Of a stretch of 64,000 bases of DNA, positions 1 through 13,300 are shown piece by piece. This DNA is from Batkoa obscura (taxonomy: Eukaryota), in the NCBI GenBank assembly GCA_030770535.1, contig JASVEC010000029.1:248001-312000 (forward strand), given 5' to 3'. The notes under the pieces were generated by a model that did not search any database, was not told the DNA's origin, and saw nothing but the letters and a program-made list of their open reading frames with translations. Numbering within the stretch: the stretch's first letter is position 1; each line of letters begins with the position of its first letter. A program made the translations under genes and the position numbers.

Positions 1-171
1 GATGATTTAATCTATTCAAAAAATAGAAAGCTATTTTAAAAATATATAGGGAACATCAAAGTATATAAACTAAAGAAATTTCCTTAATTTTGAAAAGTTT
101 AATACTTATCTCCCTAGACAAACATCCCCCTAATAAATAATATCATAATTTGTGTTTTTGTAAATAATCCA

Positions 172-744
172 ATGTCTATCATTAATAACTCTATTCAAAA
201 CAAAACTCCTGCTCCTATTGGATATGATATTGTGAGCTATAGCTTAAAATTTAAAAAAGAAAAGCACAACGCTTACTATGCTCCTACTCCTAACCCAAGC
301 AGAAATGCTACTCCTACCGAAAACGGGGTCCTACCACCCATGAATTTTAATAATTATGCTCCAGATACAGCTTCTCTCCCATCATTATCTGACGTTATTA
401 AACATATAAATAGTTATAACACATCAAGGACGAGGAGCGAAATATCTAGTAGCGAACTCACAACACCCAAAGATGGTTGTTCATCTACCTTTGAAGATCC
501 TATGCATACAAAGAATGATAGGTTAATTATTAACCAAGTAAACAGCACCTTTAGTACGGTAGCTGGATTCCATCAAAAACGCCCACGTCGACTTTATTCA
601 GAAGTCAAACGTATATATAAATGTGAGCATCCGGGCTGCACAAAAGCTTATGGGGCTCTAAATCATTTGAATTCACACATCTTAAATCAAAACCATGGCC
701 AAAAAAGAAAAGCTTGTGAATTTTATCATTTAACTCGCCCCTAG
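172..744 (+). CDS. Con7-type single C2H2 zinc-finger transcription factor, array copy 1
   Basis: Intronless 190-aa ORF ending in KRPRRLYSEVKRIYKCEHPGCTKAYGALNHLNSHILNQNHGQKRKACEF, matching the Con7-family pattern RPRRxYxEIERxYxC-x4-CxKxYGTLNHLNxH-x5-HGxKR. TATA-like GTATATAAAC at 61-70; AATAAA at ~810. Confidence 0.88.
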   Translation: MSIINNSIQNKTPAPIGYDIVSYSLKFKKEKHNAYYAPTPNPSRNATPTENGVLPPMNFNNYAPDTASLPSLSDVIKHINSYNTSRTRSEISSSELTTPKDGCSSTFEDPMHTKNDRLIINQVNSTFSTVAGFHQKRPRRLYSEVKRIYKCEHPGCTKAYGALNHLNSHILNQNHGQKRKACEFYHLTRP

Positions 745-2210
745 ACATGTAATTTTTAGCATTAACTAGATATAGAGGTGGTTTGCTTGCCACTTACTTC
801 TGTTTATTTAATAAATTGTATTTTGGTTCTCAAATAATTGATAATTTTGTATATTTTCTTTGAGTTTTCAAAATAATAGCAATATTACCGGGTTTTGATC
901 CTCTATAGATAAAATGGTATAAGACTAAATATAAAAAACTACTTATAAAAGAATATATTTAATAAGGTCATTTTAATTTACAATTGGGGTAAGCTATTTT
1001 AAAAAATTAAAGTTTTTTATTGATATTTATTAAATATCTAAATTAAGTTTTAAGAAAAATCCTTGTTCCAAAATAACAAATCACAGTTAATCCTTTCGTT
1101 TTTATTAAAAAAATATTCAAGTCACTTCAAGTTAATTTTGAGTTATTTGTTTTGTTTCAGAAAATGGCACTTTGGCTAATCATTGGTTTGAACAAAAATC
1201 GGCAAATGATATTTGAAAGCACTTAGTATAAGATTGCAAAATTTAAAATAGCAATTAGTTTAAACTATTTCCTTTAACCTAAATTCATGTTTTAATAATG
1301 GCTTTAATATTATATAATGATCATGAATGATAAATGTGGCGCTTTTTCAGTAGCAAAATTTTAAGAAATCGATTTAGGGTATATCATTCTTTTGAATATA
1401 AAAAATACTTATTTATAAGCAAGATTCTATTTTAGTAAGGTGTCAATGTTATGAAGTAAAACTCATACCTTGAATCGGTTAAATTTGTTAGTCGGTACAT
1501 TATTTATAAGTGCTTGGATTTAAAATTGAGTAAAATTGAGATTATAGTTTTAAAATTAAATAAATTTAGTTTTTATCAATTTAATTAAAAAATAAAATAC
1601 TATATTGCATAAATTGAGTCTCTTTTACTCTAGAATCAATCTCTTAATCGGCAATAAAATTTATATGACATCTCGGTCCAATAAATAAAGCTTTACGATC
1701 TATAATACAATTCCCCAGATGTATTATAACTCCTTTTTACTAAATGATAAAAGGTTGTTTTAAAAAAGAAAAATAACACCCACCTTTTAAAATACCCTTC
1801 GTTTCTTAGTATATATATGGTATCAATACATTTAATACTATTTAAGTATGTTTTAGGGTTTAATAAAAAAAAATGGAAATATATTAAAGTAATAAATTAG
1901 GTGATTTATATTCTAGATATACATATTATATCGATTGCTAACAAATGTTACGAAGTATATTTTTGTTGACTAATATATGTATTTATATTGAACATCAAAG
2001 GATATTAAGTAAATTATAATACATTTCGTTACATTATTAAAGTGGCGTATTGTTTATTTTAATGACGGTAGAATTTTTAATCAAAATAAAGTACAGTATT
2101 TAATTATTTAACGCCAGTATTTTTCCATACTTTCATTTGCCCCTTACTCGCTCTTTATACAAAATAATAGTATAAATGCAAATTATGGTAACTCTGGTAT
2201 CAAAATCAAA

Positions 2211-2801
2211 ATGAGTTATTTACTTTTACAAAATTCTTTGGAAAATAACATTTCTTTATATAACCCTAATACTTCCTCCTACCACTACTTCAATAATAGT
2301 CTTTTATCAGAACCTTCAGATAAATATAGCTCAAAGAGACCTAGTTTGAGCGAACCATTTATAAATATCCATCCTTCATGGGCAAAAAAGGATGATGGTC
2401 ATTTGCTTCCCAGTATTAATGAGATTCTTGGTGATGTAATGAGCAATCAAGACACTAACAAGCCATCAGTTCAACCACAAAAACTGCCTTCAATCCATTT
2501 GGTGCTTGGTGATATTTTATATCAAACTAAGGAAGATATTGACCAAATTAATGTAGCTAACCATGATCAAATATCATTTTCTCCAGCTTCAATTCAAGAA
2601 TTGGACTTCTTCAATATTGGTTCGTTCGAAAAAAGACCAAGAAGAAAATCAAGTGAAATTGACAGAAGGTTCAAATGCCCCTTTGAAAACTGTGATAAAA
2701 GCTATGGTGCACGTAGCCATTTAAAGTCTCATATTAAACTTAAGCATAATACTATTGAGCCATACAAGAAGATGAATATTACATCAGGTTACCAATACTA
2801 A
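2211..2801 (+). CDS. Con7-related single C2H2 zinc-finger protein, divergent array copy 2
   Basis: 196-aa ORF with KRPRRKSSEIDRRFKCPFENCDKSYGARSHLKSHIKLKH; same basic RPRR-x-EI lead-in, but H-x4-H spacing and no GxKR..EF tail. Confidence 0.85.
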   Translation: MSYLLLQNSLENNISLYNPNTSSYHYFNNSLLSEPSDKYSSKRPSLSEPFINIHPSWAKKDDGHLLPSINEILGDVMSNQDTNKPSVQPQKLPSIHLVLGDILYQTKEDIDQINVANHDQISFSPASIQELDFFNIGSFEKRPRRKSSEIDRRFKCPFENCDKSYGARSHLKSHIKLKHNTIEPYKKMNITSGYQY

Positions 2802-4358
2802 GTTCTATCTTACTGGTTTTTTATTTTTTTATTCTTTTGTTATCCTTTCTAGTCACTAATGTAATAAACGTATTCAAAAGCAGTATGTATAGCTTATTTT
2901 ATACCTCCAAGCGCAAAACTTTTTCTAATTTCCAATTCATATGAATCTAAGCACTAAAGTATTACTTAAATGGTTGAAATTAAAATTACACATTGAATAA
3001 GAGTGTTATAATTTACTAACTATAATAATAAATATTTAGTAAAAGTAATTTGTTATTACTGAAGTTTTAAAACAAGTCATTATGTGTATGAATACTTATT
3101 ATTTTAAAAGAAAATGCTTCTCACCAACCTCTAAGTATATCAACAATACGATCTATTAGCGAAGAGTGGCTTATCCCTATGATTATAATTTTGATTTAAA
3201 CTTGGGATATAATAATAAATATACTCTGACTTAGGGAGCAGTTTTGAGGATATCACCTCAAGCGTAAAAAGACATTAAAGTTTTACAAGTACATACTTTT
3301 TTAAATTAAATATAGTTCTTTACTCTCTCAATTAATTGAATATATTATATAAAAATATAGTTGATTATATTGAATTTTGATTTATTTTATTTTTAAAACA
3401 TGGTTGATTGTTGTTTTAAAATTACGTTTCAAAATATTGTCTCAATCCAAATTTACATTCAAATATAACAATTTTAAGTAAAATTAACAATTCTTATTGA
3501 ATTGGACTTTTATAATCCGATAATTATAGCCCTCTATGGGCAAAAATTATTGTTCTTGATGAATACTAACATTTAAGGAAATTCAAATAACATTTACCAA
3601 ATAAGGTCATATGACAGCTCCAGCCAATCAGTTTTGTCCAGGCTATGAGGAATATTATCATCAAAAGCTGATTTTAATAAGGTTACTTAATAAAATACCT
3701 GTTATCCCAACTAATTTTTTGACCAAAACAGCACTCCAACATAGGTGGAAGAACCTTATTTTATTTCGCTTAAAGGAATAAGGATATTATTTAACTTAAT
3801 ATATATGCTACTACCTTGTTCATAAACATTGGAACTTTAAATTCACACGTTTAGTTGCTTTCATCTCTGGTTTACTACTCTTTTATTACTTTTTTAAACA
3901 TCAAGCTGTATTTTATATAAATTAAAATAAATATATGTTGGTAGTACTCGGTTCGTAGAATTCAAAAATCCGGAATAAAGCTCGTAATTCTACCACCTGG
4001 ATATTTATACTGTTTATTCTGGATTTATATTACCAAATAAAAAGTTATTCCAAGTATCTCAAATTTTAATTAGTAGCTTACTTTTATCTCTATTTTATAG
4101 TTTTAGTATCAAAGTCTAATTTAGATAATATTGACTATGTTTTATCATAGCACACTGTCGTCATAACCAATAAAAATATTTGAATATAAGTTTAATAGAT
4201 TGAATTACTTTATAGGCAGCCTAACTCAATATAAATTTATGGCATAAGTTATAGAACACACAATAGTTATGGTAATTTTTTTGATGCCATACTAATCTAG
4301 TTATATTTCCTATGTTAAATCACAATTTTCAAAAAAAAACTTTTCTTTTATTTTTATC

Positions 4359-5177
4359 ATGAACCCCAAAAAAACGGATTTAATAAACACAAATAACCAT
4401 CTCAACCAAACTTCAAATGCTTATTATCAGAGTACTTCCTACACTACCTTACCTTATACACAGCAGACATATACAAATGACTCATCAGTATCAAAGGGTC
4501 GCTACAAAAATGAGATGAGTTATAGCTCGAGGCATTATTGCTATAATATTCCGCATCAAGATATGTATAGATCTAATCCAAACCAGCACCCCATACCTAA
4601 TGTATATAGAGAGCCAACAGAAAATGTCAAACTACCACCATTGAGGGATATTTTATCAGATGTCATTCCAAAGGGAGCATTAACTCCCATGGGACATAGA
4701 CTTAATGTCAATGGAAGTGGGCCAATATTTAGGGAATTGAAGCCTTATGAAACAAACAACTTAGACTACAAGCACGTGTCTCACAATGAGCAGATTCATA
4801 GAAGGTTTAGTTATAATGATAAGTTGGATTACCAAGGAAACAATTTTAATCACATTAATCGAGTTGCTCCGATCCAATCCAGAGGTTATGAAAGAGACCT
4901 TTATTACAACAATGCACATCTAATGGAATCGCGCCCGTTGGGGAAAGGAACTTTAACAAGTATAATCAAGCCTAAGAGAATAAGACGCAAGTTTGAAGAA
5001 ATTAATAGGGTGTTTGCATGCACTTATAGTAATTGTAAAAAATCCTATGGTACTTTAAATCATCTAAACTCACACATCGTACTTCAAAATCATGGTAAAA
5101 AGAAAACTCAGGCTGATTTCAGACATCTTCTTGAAAATAAAGATAATGAGCCAGAACCAAACTCGGCACCAAGTTAG
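4359..5177 (+). CDS. Con7-type C2H2 zinc-finger transcription factor, array copy 3
   Basis: 272-aa ORF with KRIRRKFEEINRVFACTYSNCKKSYGTLNHLNSHIVLQNHGKKKTQADF. Confidence 0.9.
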   Translation: MNPKKTDLINTNNHLNQTSNAYYQSTSYTTLPYTQQTYTNDSSVSKGRYKNEMSYSSRHYCYNIPHQDMYRSNPNQHPIPNVYREPTENVKLPPLRDILSDVIPKGALTPMGHRLNVNGSGPIFRELKPYETNNLDYKHVSHNEQIHRRFSYNDKLDYQGNNFNHINRVAPIQSRGYERDLYYNNAHLMESRPLGKGTLTSIIKPKRIRRKFEEINRVFACTYSNCKKSYGTLNHLNSHIVLQNHGKKKTQADFRHLLENKDNEPEPNSAPS

Positions 5178-6120
5178 TAATACTCATCATTTCTATTAAT
5201 GTAACGTAATAAAAAATTTAATTTTTGGTTTATTTTAACAGTTGTGTATTTTTAGGAATAGCAGCCCAGTATTACATAATTGCTTTATTGTAATTGTTAA
5301 TAGAAATTACATTTTTAAATAAGATAGCGACGATAATGTTATCTTTTAGAACATTTTTAAATTCCTTTAATATCAAAAATAATATTTATAGTTCAAATCA
5401 TTTGTGTATAGTTAAAACAGATCTATTTTATTTTATGTTAGATTGTGTGCAATATTTTGATATACATTAAAACATATGTGTGCAAAGTAAATATTCGAGA
5501 TATATCGGTTTAGGGAAAATTCATATTGTATAGCTTTAGATAATCTGTGTCCACATTTATGCTATTAGAAATCAAGGAAAAAAATTGCTAATTTTAGCAC
5601 TTTCCGCGATACAATCAGCTCATCATTTTTGTGAATAAGTTTATTTAAGCAATTTTATAAATTTTTGGGTTTTATATTGTAAATAATGCTTAATATTGAT
5701 AATTCCGTGAATAAGTTTATTTAATTGAATATTCTTTTGGTTGATTATCATTCATCCAATTATATGATGTATGGACATATAAGAAATGTAAGGTGGTTTA
5801 ATATTTATCCATTTCAACATCTGACCAGCTAATATGATTAAAATAAAGTTCTGAATTTTTTTATGAAATCATATTAAACCATTTAAATGTGCTGTCAAAA
5901 TGGACTCCAGATAATCAATAATTATATATTCAATGAACTGGTAAAAAGGTTTTAAAAATTTATATTTAGTGTAGGTATTATTTTTATATAGCAAATCGAG
6001 CTGAGCTAATTCATTATAAATAAAATACTTGAACAGTTTACTTATAGAAGCAATGTGTAAAAAGTGGTCATAACAACTGTTAAATCGAAAACAATATTGA
6101 TACTCTAATCTCAGCCATAT

Positions 6121-6219
6121 GGAGGTGTTTTTTTTTGGTTTCATCACTTTTTCCATTTTTAAGCACTATTTGAGTAGAAAGGCTATCAGTAAAATCCTTG
6201 AACAAAAAAATACAGCCTA
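6121..6219 (+). mobile_element. ~100-bp MITE, family A
   Basis: GGAGGTGTTTT...AAAATACAGCCTA flanked by ATAT on both sides; internal sequence matches the other copies. Confidence 0.85.
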
Positions 6220-6618
6220 ATATAAATTAATATATGATAAACGAAAATGGAAGCTTCAACATCGATTTCTAGAAAGTGTAATTAATATCAACTTTATTAT
6301 ATAAAAAATTAGTGTCTAAATGTTTGATTTAAATATAAATCTATAGTGCTTATCAATAAAAAGCATATAGTTTTATATGATATTAGCGGAATAATAATAT
6401 TGTATTTTGTATTAATATTTTGTTCTAATAATAATTAATATATTAAATTGATTTCAAAAGTCAAAATAATCAGCTTGATGAGGCAAAAAGCCAAACTTTA
6501 CAATATTAGATAAATTTTTATTAATTTATAATTTATAATTTATAAATATAATAAATATACTTTATCTATTATAGCATATATAAAGCTATCTTAAACTAGT
6601 TAAAGATAAATATCCCGT

Positions 6619-6717
6619 AAAAATGTATTTTTTTGCTTGAGAATTTTACTATCAATTTTTCCACTTAAGTAGCACTTGAAAAATAGAAAAAGTGATGAAA
6701 CCAGAAAAAACACCCTT
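6619..6717 (-). mobile_element. MITE family A, eroded left end
   Basis: Reverse-orientation copy (...GAAAAAGTGATGAAACCAGAAAAAACACCCTT); the terminal GGGG reads AAAA. Confidence 0.8.
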
Positions 6718-7005
6718 ATATATTATTTATATAATATACGGGGATGTCCGAATTGGTTTTATTTTTTTATCCAATTTTTAGATATTTTATATTTTATATT
6801 TTAAAAACCTTGCTTAAAATTCTATAAAAATAGATTTTTTATTAAAAAGTAAAAGTACTTGACATAATTTTAAATTATTTTATTATAATTTATATTATAA
6901 GTTAGGAAAATTTCTATTAAATTTAATAGAAATGCTTATATTAGCAAAGCTTTTTCTAATATAATCTATATATTAGTATTAGTAACTTGAGTAATGTTAA
7001 CATTT

Positions 7006-7105
7006 GGGGGTGTTTTTTTTTGGTTTCATTACTTTTTCCATTTTTTAAGCGCTATTTAAGTGGAAAAACTGCTAGTAAAATTCTTAAACAAAAAAATACA
7101 TCCCC
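7006..7105 (+). mobile_element. MITE family A abutting a solo LTR
   Basis: GGGGGTGTTTT...AAAATACATCCCC, left flank ATTT; the right end runs directly into the LTR at 7106. Confidence 0.9.
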
Positions 7106-7570
7106 TATGAAAGTTAGTACTCAGTGGTTGGAGTTAAAAGCAGTTTTTGCTTGATTAACTTGCCTTGAGTCGAACGGTCTTAGTTTATGTAACTAAAATA
7201 GACTTAAATGAATGAGAGTAATACGTAATAAGTTACGAACTATGTAAAACAAATAGAATAGAAGATACTACTGTAAAATCTACGTAAGACGTTGTCAGAA
7301 AGACTTAGTGGCTTCATTAATAGTACGATATCAGGGAGTAATTCAGTTAAAAAGCCTCGAGTTATCATATTGAAGAATCTCTTTTATACTCCAACAAGTA
7401 TGAATATCAAAACGAGAGGATAATGCTCTTTGCAATGTGGAGTTATAAATTCTCACAGCAAATCAAAATGAGGGACTCTGACTTGATTGTATTTGAACTT
7501 GAGAACACAACAACTTAAGTGATTGTTGCGTTATAATCAATCCGAGAGCTAAATAAAGCAATATTTCACA
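7106..7570 (-). mobile_element. Solo LTR related to the Ty3/Gypsy element at 34950-42502
   Basis: Begins TATGAAAGTTAGTACTCAG, ends ATATTTCACA; shares blocks such as GGTCTTAGTTTATGT, GATATCAGGG, AATTCAGTTAAAAAGCCTCGA and CTCTTTTATACTC with the 400-bp LTRs. No TSD visible. Confidence 0.88.
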
Positions 7571-9354
7571 GATTGTTGTGATACATAATTTTATTTAAAT
7601 TTATACATTTTTTGATCAAATCACAAAATTTCAACGTTAGTTTTTTTGATTTAATTTGTTTTTAATCGATTACTAGAAAAACATTTCATTATTTGTTCAA
7701 TTTTTTTTATAATAACCATAATAGCTGAAAATCTTGTATAATAGCTTTTTATAAATGTTCAAGTTTTTTGTCCAAAATAAAAACCATTTTGAAACAAAAT
7801 ATTAGAATATTGCAATTTTGTATCTTTACTAATAATTTGTCAAAAAAACCAAGATTATCTATAAAAACTCTTACAAATATTATTTACAGGTTTTTATTGC
7901 AAAGTTGAAGATTTATTTAAAAGTTTATTTAAATTTCGAACTTTTTAATAAGTAGATAAAGTACTAAAATAAAATCAATATACTTGTGTACTTTAGTTTT
8001 AAACCTGTTAGCTTCTATAAATAATATATATTTGTTTACTTTTTGAACTATTGGTATTAAAATAAAACTTCAATTTGATATGTTTTGATATAATTTTAAA
8101 AATATTAAAATTATAGGCTTAAATATTATCTTTAAAGTATTTTCAATACACTAGTATCATAGTAAAGTAGAGTTTTATTAATTTAATTACTGTTTATTTT
8201 TGTCACGTTTAAGTAAAAATGCTGATGATGGGTGATATGATTAATTAAATAGAAGCAACTCTTTTACAAGTTGAATCATAATCAATTTGTATGATTTTAT
8301 ATACTACAAGGGCTTCTTTAAAATATAATATAAAACTGCTTTGAGCAACAATTGAATTAGTTAAATAAACCTATAAAATTTATTAATAAAGCTATATCAT
8401 GAGCTTATTGTAGAAATCATTTTTGAAAGCAGAAACACTTTACCCTTTAGTACTTTTATAGGATAATGAAATTGTTTAATGAAAATAACAATTTTTTAAA
8501 TTTTTATTCAAATCTTATTAAAGCATTTGATTATCTAAGTAAACTTTTTACTATACAAAGCACCTTGCAGTAAAAAAACTGTTTTAAAAATAATAGCTGT
8601 TATTGGATACGAGTATTAATTGATATTTATAAAAATATTAAACAAAATTTATATTTTTTATGTATAGTTTGATAAGAAGTATAGTTGCAAAAATAAATAA
8701 CATAAACTTTAATAAACTGATCAGTTATATTAAATTAAATAAGTTGAAATAAATTAAATAAAAATCATAGTTTATTTATTCAGTTTATCTTATAGTATAA
8801 CTGATAAAAAATAGTTGTTTACAAGTATAGTAATAACTCGTTTAAATCCTTATCCAATGATTAAAAAAGTATATAGAAATTGAAATATTGATTGATTAAA
8901 GTAGTGATCTAAAGTAGTGTATATTCGATATTGTATAACATAGGATAGTTTATTAAAGCGTGCTTTTTATGAGGGGGAAGGGTTGAAATGAAAAAGGGAA
9001 GGTTGGGGTAATAGGTAAGATGCAAAAAACAAGTTTATTTTAATAAATTATCTTCCCAATTGTTGAAACGCCCGAATAGGCCAATAAAAACATCTTATTC
9101 AAACGAATAACATGTCACTATTTGATTATAGATTGGATGGAAAATATTGGTGTCATTTCTCATTACAGTGGACGGTTTGAGGATTACTAAAAGAAACTAA
9201 TTTGACTGGAAAACTACTCATTATATCTCCTTTTTTTACTTTACAAAAATAACGGTATATAAACAAAGTATTTAAAAATATTTCAATTTTTTATAAAATT
9301 ATTTCTATTACATTGCCAAATATATTTATAAAAATTTAGAATATAATAAACATA

Positions 9355-10398
9355 ATGAATAATATCTCCAATAACTTTGACTGTGGCAGTAGTAATAATA
9401 TCTTAAATGACAACCTAAACTCTTATTATTTTAATCAATATTCATCTTCAATTAATATATTACCTCCTTCACTACCATACAAATCTACCGACAGTAATGA
9501 TGGGATTAATAATATAAGTGACTTCAGTAGTAATAAAGCTAATATGAGCACATTCTCTTCTTTACCATATGATCAACAACAACCACTCAAGGTTGATATT
9601 AACGATTATGCACAATTTGTCAATATGGATTTCTATCCTCACCCTGAAATGGCCAAAACAATAAGTGCTAGTGATAATTCTGAACCATCACCTAATTCTA
9701 ATTCTTTCAATTCTCCAATATTTCAAAATGAGATTAATAATGGGAATTCATTGTTAAATAACTATAACGCCAATATAAAATTGGAACTAAAAGAACAATT
9801 TAATGATTCCTCGTTACAGTTTGATAATAGTACCAAAGGAAATAGTGAATATTATAGTCAAGGTCAATTTACTACAATGCCTAGTTTAAAAACAATGAAC
9901 AATAGCAGCAATGGTGCTATAAATAACTTTAGTTTACTTAATAATGCTTCTACACCCACTTTAACAAACAACATACCTAGTTCAATGGATTTATTAAACA
10001 ATTACCCCTTAAATAACAACCCTCTATTCCACCCACGCTTAAACTACCCATCTTCAGCTTATCCTAATGGTTATTATAATTCAAATATGCTACAGACATG
10101 GCAAGAGATGCTTACGAAAGGATATGGTAGTCACAGTAGTATGTTTGGATTAAATAATAGCAATCGCAAAACTTACTCTTTTGTTACCATGAACGCTACT
10201 AAAACACGTAAAAGACATCGTAGAAAGCATGAAGAGATCGAAAGACTATATAAATGCACACATGGAAATTGTGATAAGTCATATGGTACATTGAATAATT
10301 TGAATGCTCATATTACCATGCAAAAGCACGGGAATAAAAAGTCGGCGTTTGAGTTCAAAGCTATTCTAAGAAAGGCCAAATCCAAAGTTCTAAACTGA
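9355..10398 (+). CDS. Con7-type C2H2 zinc-finger transcription factor, array copy 4 (longest; Asn/Ser-rich N-terminus)
   Basis: 347-aa ORF with KTYSFVTMNATKTRKRHRRKHEEIERLYKCTHGNCDKSYGTLNNLNAHITMQKHGNKKSAFEFKAILRK. It retains the upstream YSFV motif I recall from canonical Con7 orthologues. GTATATAAAC at ~9256. Confidence 0.92.
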   Translation: MNNISNNFDCGSSNNILNDNLNSYYFNQYSSSINILPPSLPYKSTDSNDGINNISDFSSNKANMSTFSSLPYDQQQPLKVDINDYAQFVNMDFYPHPEMAKTISASDNSEPSPNSNSFNSPIFQNEINNGNSLLNNYNANIKLELKEQFNDSSLQFDNSTKGNSEYYSQGQFTTMPSLKTMNNSSNGAINNFSLLNNASTPTLTNNIPSSMDLLNNYPLNNNPLFHPRLNYPSSAYPNGYYNSNMLQTWQEMLTKGYGSHSSMFGLNNSNRKTYSFVTMNATKTRKRHRRKHEEIERLYKCTHGNCDKSYGTLNNLNAHITMQKHGNKKSAFEFKAILRKAKSKVLN

Positions 10399-13300
10399 TC
10401 GAACTTATAAATTTTGTCCTTTGTATTCAAGTTTTTATTATATATTTAAATTAACCTTTGATAAACATCTCCTTATTTTTTGTTTAAAAAATAAAATTAT
10501 TTTTTTGTAATTTTTGGTTTTGCTTTGCCATCATATGTATAGTTACTTGTTTTGCTTTCTATATCTCCTTTTTCAAATATCCTTATTTCCTGTTTTATAA
10601 AATAAAATGAAGGATAAAATCAATAACATTTGACGTTATTGAATTTTAATTCTAAAATTATGATCTGTTTCTTAAAGGAATACTTGAGACACTTAATTTT
10701 TTCGATAGTGTTGTTATTGTGATATAAATCCACATATAATTAATGTGAAATATCCTATCCAAGTACTTTTAAGTATAAACTCAATTTATTTATTTAACTC
10801 CTTTATTATTGAATTGTAAGTTGTTATCAAGCTTTTGTTTGTTTACTTTATCAAAGCAAACATTCTTTTGGTAATACACCCTAACTTACCTCGGCTTTTT
10901 TATTAGCTTATAAACCCAATTGGTATCAGTTATTAAAAAATTGAAAATTTGTTACAGAAAAATAATATACAAATATTATGTTGTGATATTGTAAAAGTAG
11001 TTTAAATAGCTTAGATTATGAAAATCAAAAAAGTGAATGGCCACTATTTAGTTATTATAAAGTAAAATAATGTAGCGTAGTATTCAACTTTGTTTATTTA
11101 TTGTTATTTTTTAAACTCATTTACTATTTTATGCGAAATATCAACATTAAAAAATCCCTTAATCACGAATCTAATAATGTTTATTTAGTAAAGTATTTGT
11201 GTGCATCACATTCCAAGATTTAAGAAATCTCTTAAATCGTAAAATTTAATTTGACTTTTAAAATATTTTATTTTTATATTGGCATATTTTATTTTTATAT
11301 TGGCATATTTTTCATAATGACAAATATTTCACAAGGTTTAGAGTGTCTTGTAACCAAGCAACCTGTATAAAACACAAAACCTCAAATGACATCAAAGAAA
11401 AAACAACAATTAGGGGCTAACTAGACTTAATGAGGGACTTGCATGCAGGCTTTTTATGATTTTAAAAAACTCGAAGCTTAATTAGCATCATCCTTTTGAC
11501 TATAAAGTATCCAATTAGATAGGATTATATTTGATAAGAGCGGGGACTGATGGAGGAAAAAATAAAGCAGAGCTTATATGAATGTCTAAAGCTTAGGACG
11601 AAAGTACTGGAGCTTAAGTTATATCAAAAGATAGGTGGTAAACGAATGAGATCATATATGTTGAAATTTATTGCTAAAGTAAGGGCTTAGTTTAAAAAAT
11701 TCAAATTCTTACATTTCACCCTTTTTTTACCCTTTTGTCTATGTTTTTACTCAAAGTATAAGCAGCTTCTTTTACTTTATTTAGATAGAATCCCTTCTAA
11801 AGCTTTAATTAAAAAGTTGAAACTATACAAAGGACATATACTAAATTTATCAATAAATTTACTCTTCTAAAGATATGTACTGGGTAAAACAATTTTAAAA
11901 CTAATAAATTAATGTTCTATTTTTTTCCTGATTTTTTTTATTGTCTTTGATTTTTAGTAGAATTAACAGAACTAATTTTTTACAACTATTGCAGTTCTTT
12001 TACTATTTTAGCAGCAATTTTTAGAGTAAGTTATTTACATAATTGAATCTTTTGTTACCTGATCCTTATTTTATGACCAAATATAAGCGTAAATTTTTTG
12101 CTTAAATAGGCAGTTAATTTGATCATAAAAGGGCTGCAACAGCTGTATTATTTAGTTTCTAGGAGATAGCATTTAGCTTAAAACCAATACCACCATGATA
12201 TTATTGAACAAACCTTAAAAAAGGGCCCAAAGTCATGATATAAGCTTTTAAAATCTTTTTAAAAAAATTAATAGTTCGCCTCACAAGGACAAAAATATTA
12301 GTATTATGGTGCAAAATGATAAATAACATTTTTAAGACGTTAATTACGATTTCGGAGAGCTGTCTATAATAAAATTGAAAAATAAACAAATCTTTATAAG
12401 TGGAAAAGACATTTAAAGTGTTCTAACTCCCAGCCAAACTTGTAAAGAATAAAATATTTCAATACAAAGACAATTTCTTTTCTTTATATAATACCAACGC
12501 AAAACATGATTTTACTTTTTTATAGCTTTAACTTAAATATGAGTTTTTAAACTTATTTAACAAACCACTTGGGAGTTTCATACTCATAATTTTTTTAAAA
12601 ACACTAAATGATTATTTTTTAGTTTCTAATCAAAGTTGCTTTACTAATTTCACATATGATACATATAATCATACATTTATTGATATTATTTTTACAGATA
12701 TTGTTTTTATCGAATATAATTTTTGATTATTTTATAATTGGCTATATTAATTAGAAAAGATAGTATATTAAAGAGAAAATTATTATTTATTAGGCTTTTC
12801 TAGCTTATTTTTTTTGGACAAATCTAAACTACAAAATCTTGGATTGTGACAGTAAACCATTTTAAGGTAACACAGGTTTGTTTTCAAGTGCTAAATACTT
12901 TACTACTGCAACTAATAATGTCGCCTACTTTTTATTGGAAAAGTAGAAAATTAGATATTAAAAAAATAAAGCTTAATAAATACATATGAACTACTTTACA
13001 ATAAATAAATTTAACTAAAATACGCTAATATATGTTTTTATTAAAAATGGTAGCTAATACTGAAAGTTCATTTTAATTTATATTAAAAAATTATTTCAAA
13101 GTGTAAGAGCATTTATAAATAAATTTAAAGATTAAAGGGAGTTAATCGTAAAAGGCTGTAGAGTATTTATTTCAACAAAACTTAAATCTGTCTTAAATAG
13201 AAACCATGACTCCTTAGGTCAACTCTGTAATGACAACCATATCAATATTTTCTAGGCTACAGAATATCTAACAGTGAAATCTTCTTGCGTTAATGTGAGG

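Noticed and set aside
5869..6156. 95-aa ORF (also 15892-16092, 25018-25296 and the 3' part of 48841-49086) sharing peptides such as KRYLSGK
   Set aside because: The shared peptides are translations of MITE family A, not a gene family.
6911..6932. Perfect 22-bp palindrome TTTCTATTAAATTTAATAGAAA
   Set aside because: Almost all A/T in a very AT-rich background, single occurrence, no supporting context.
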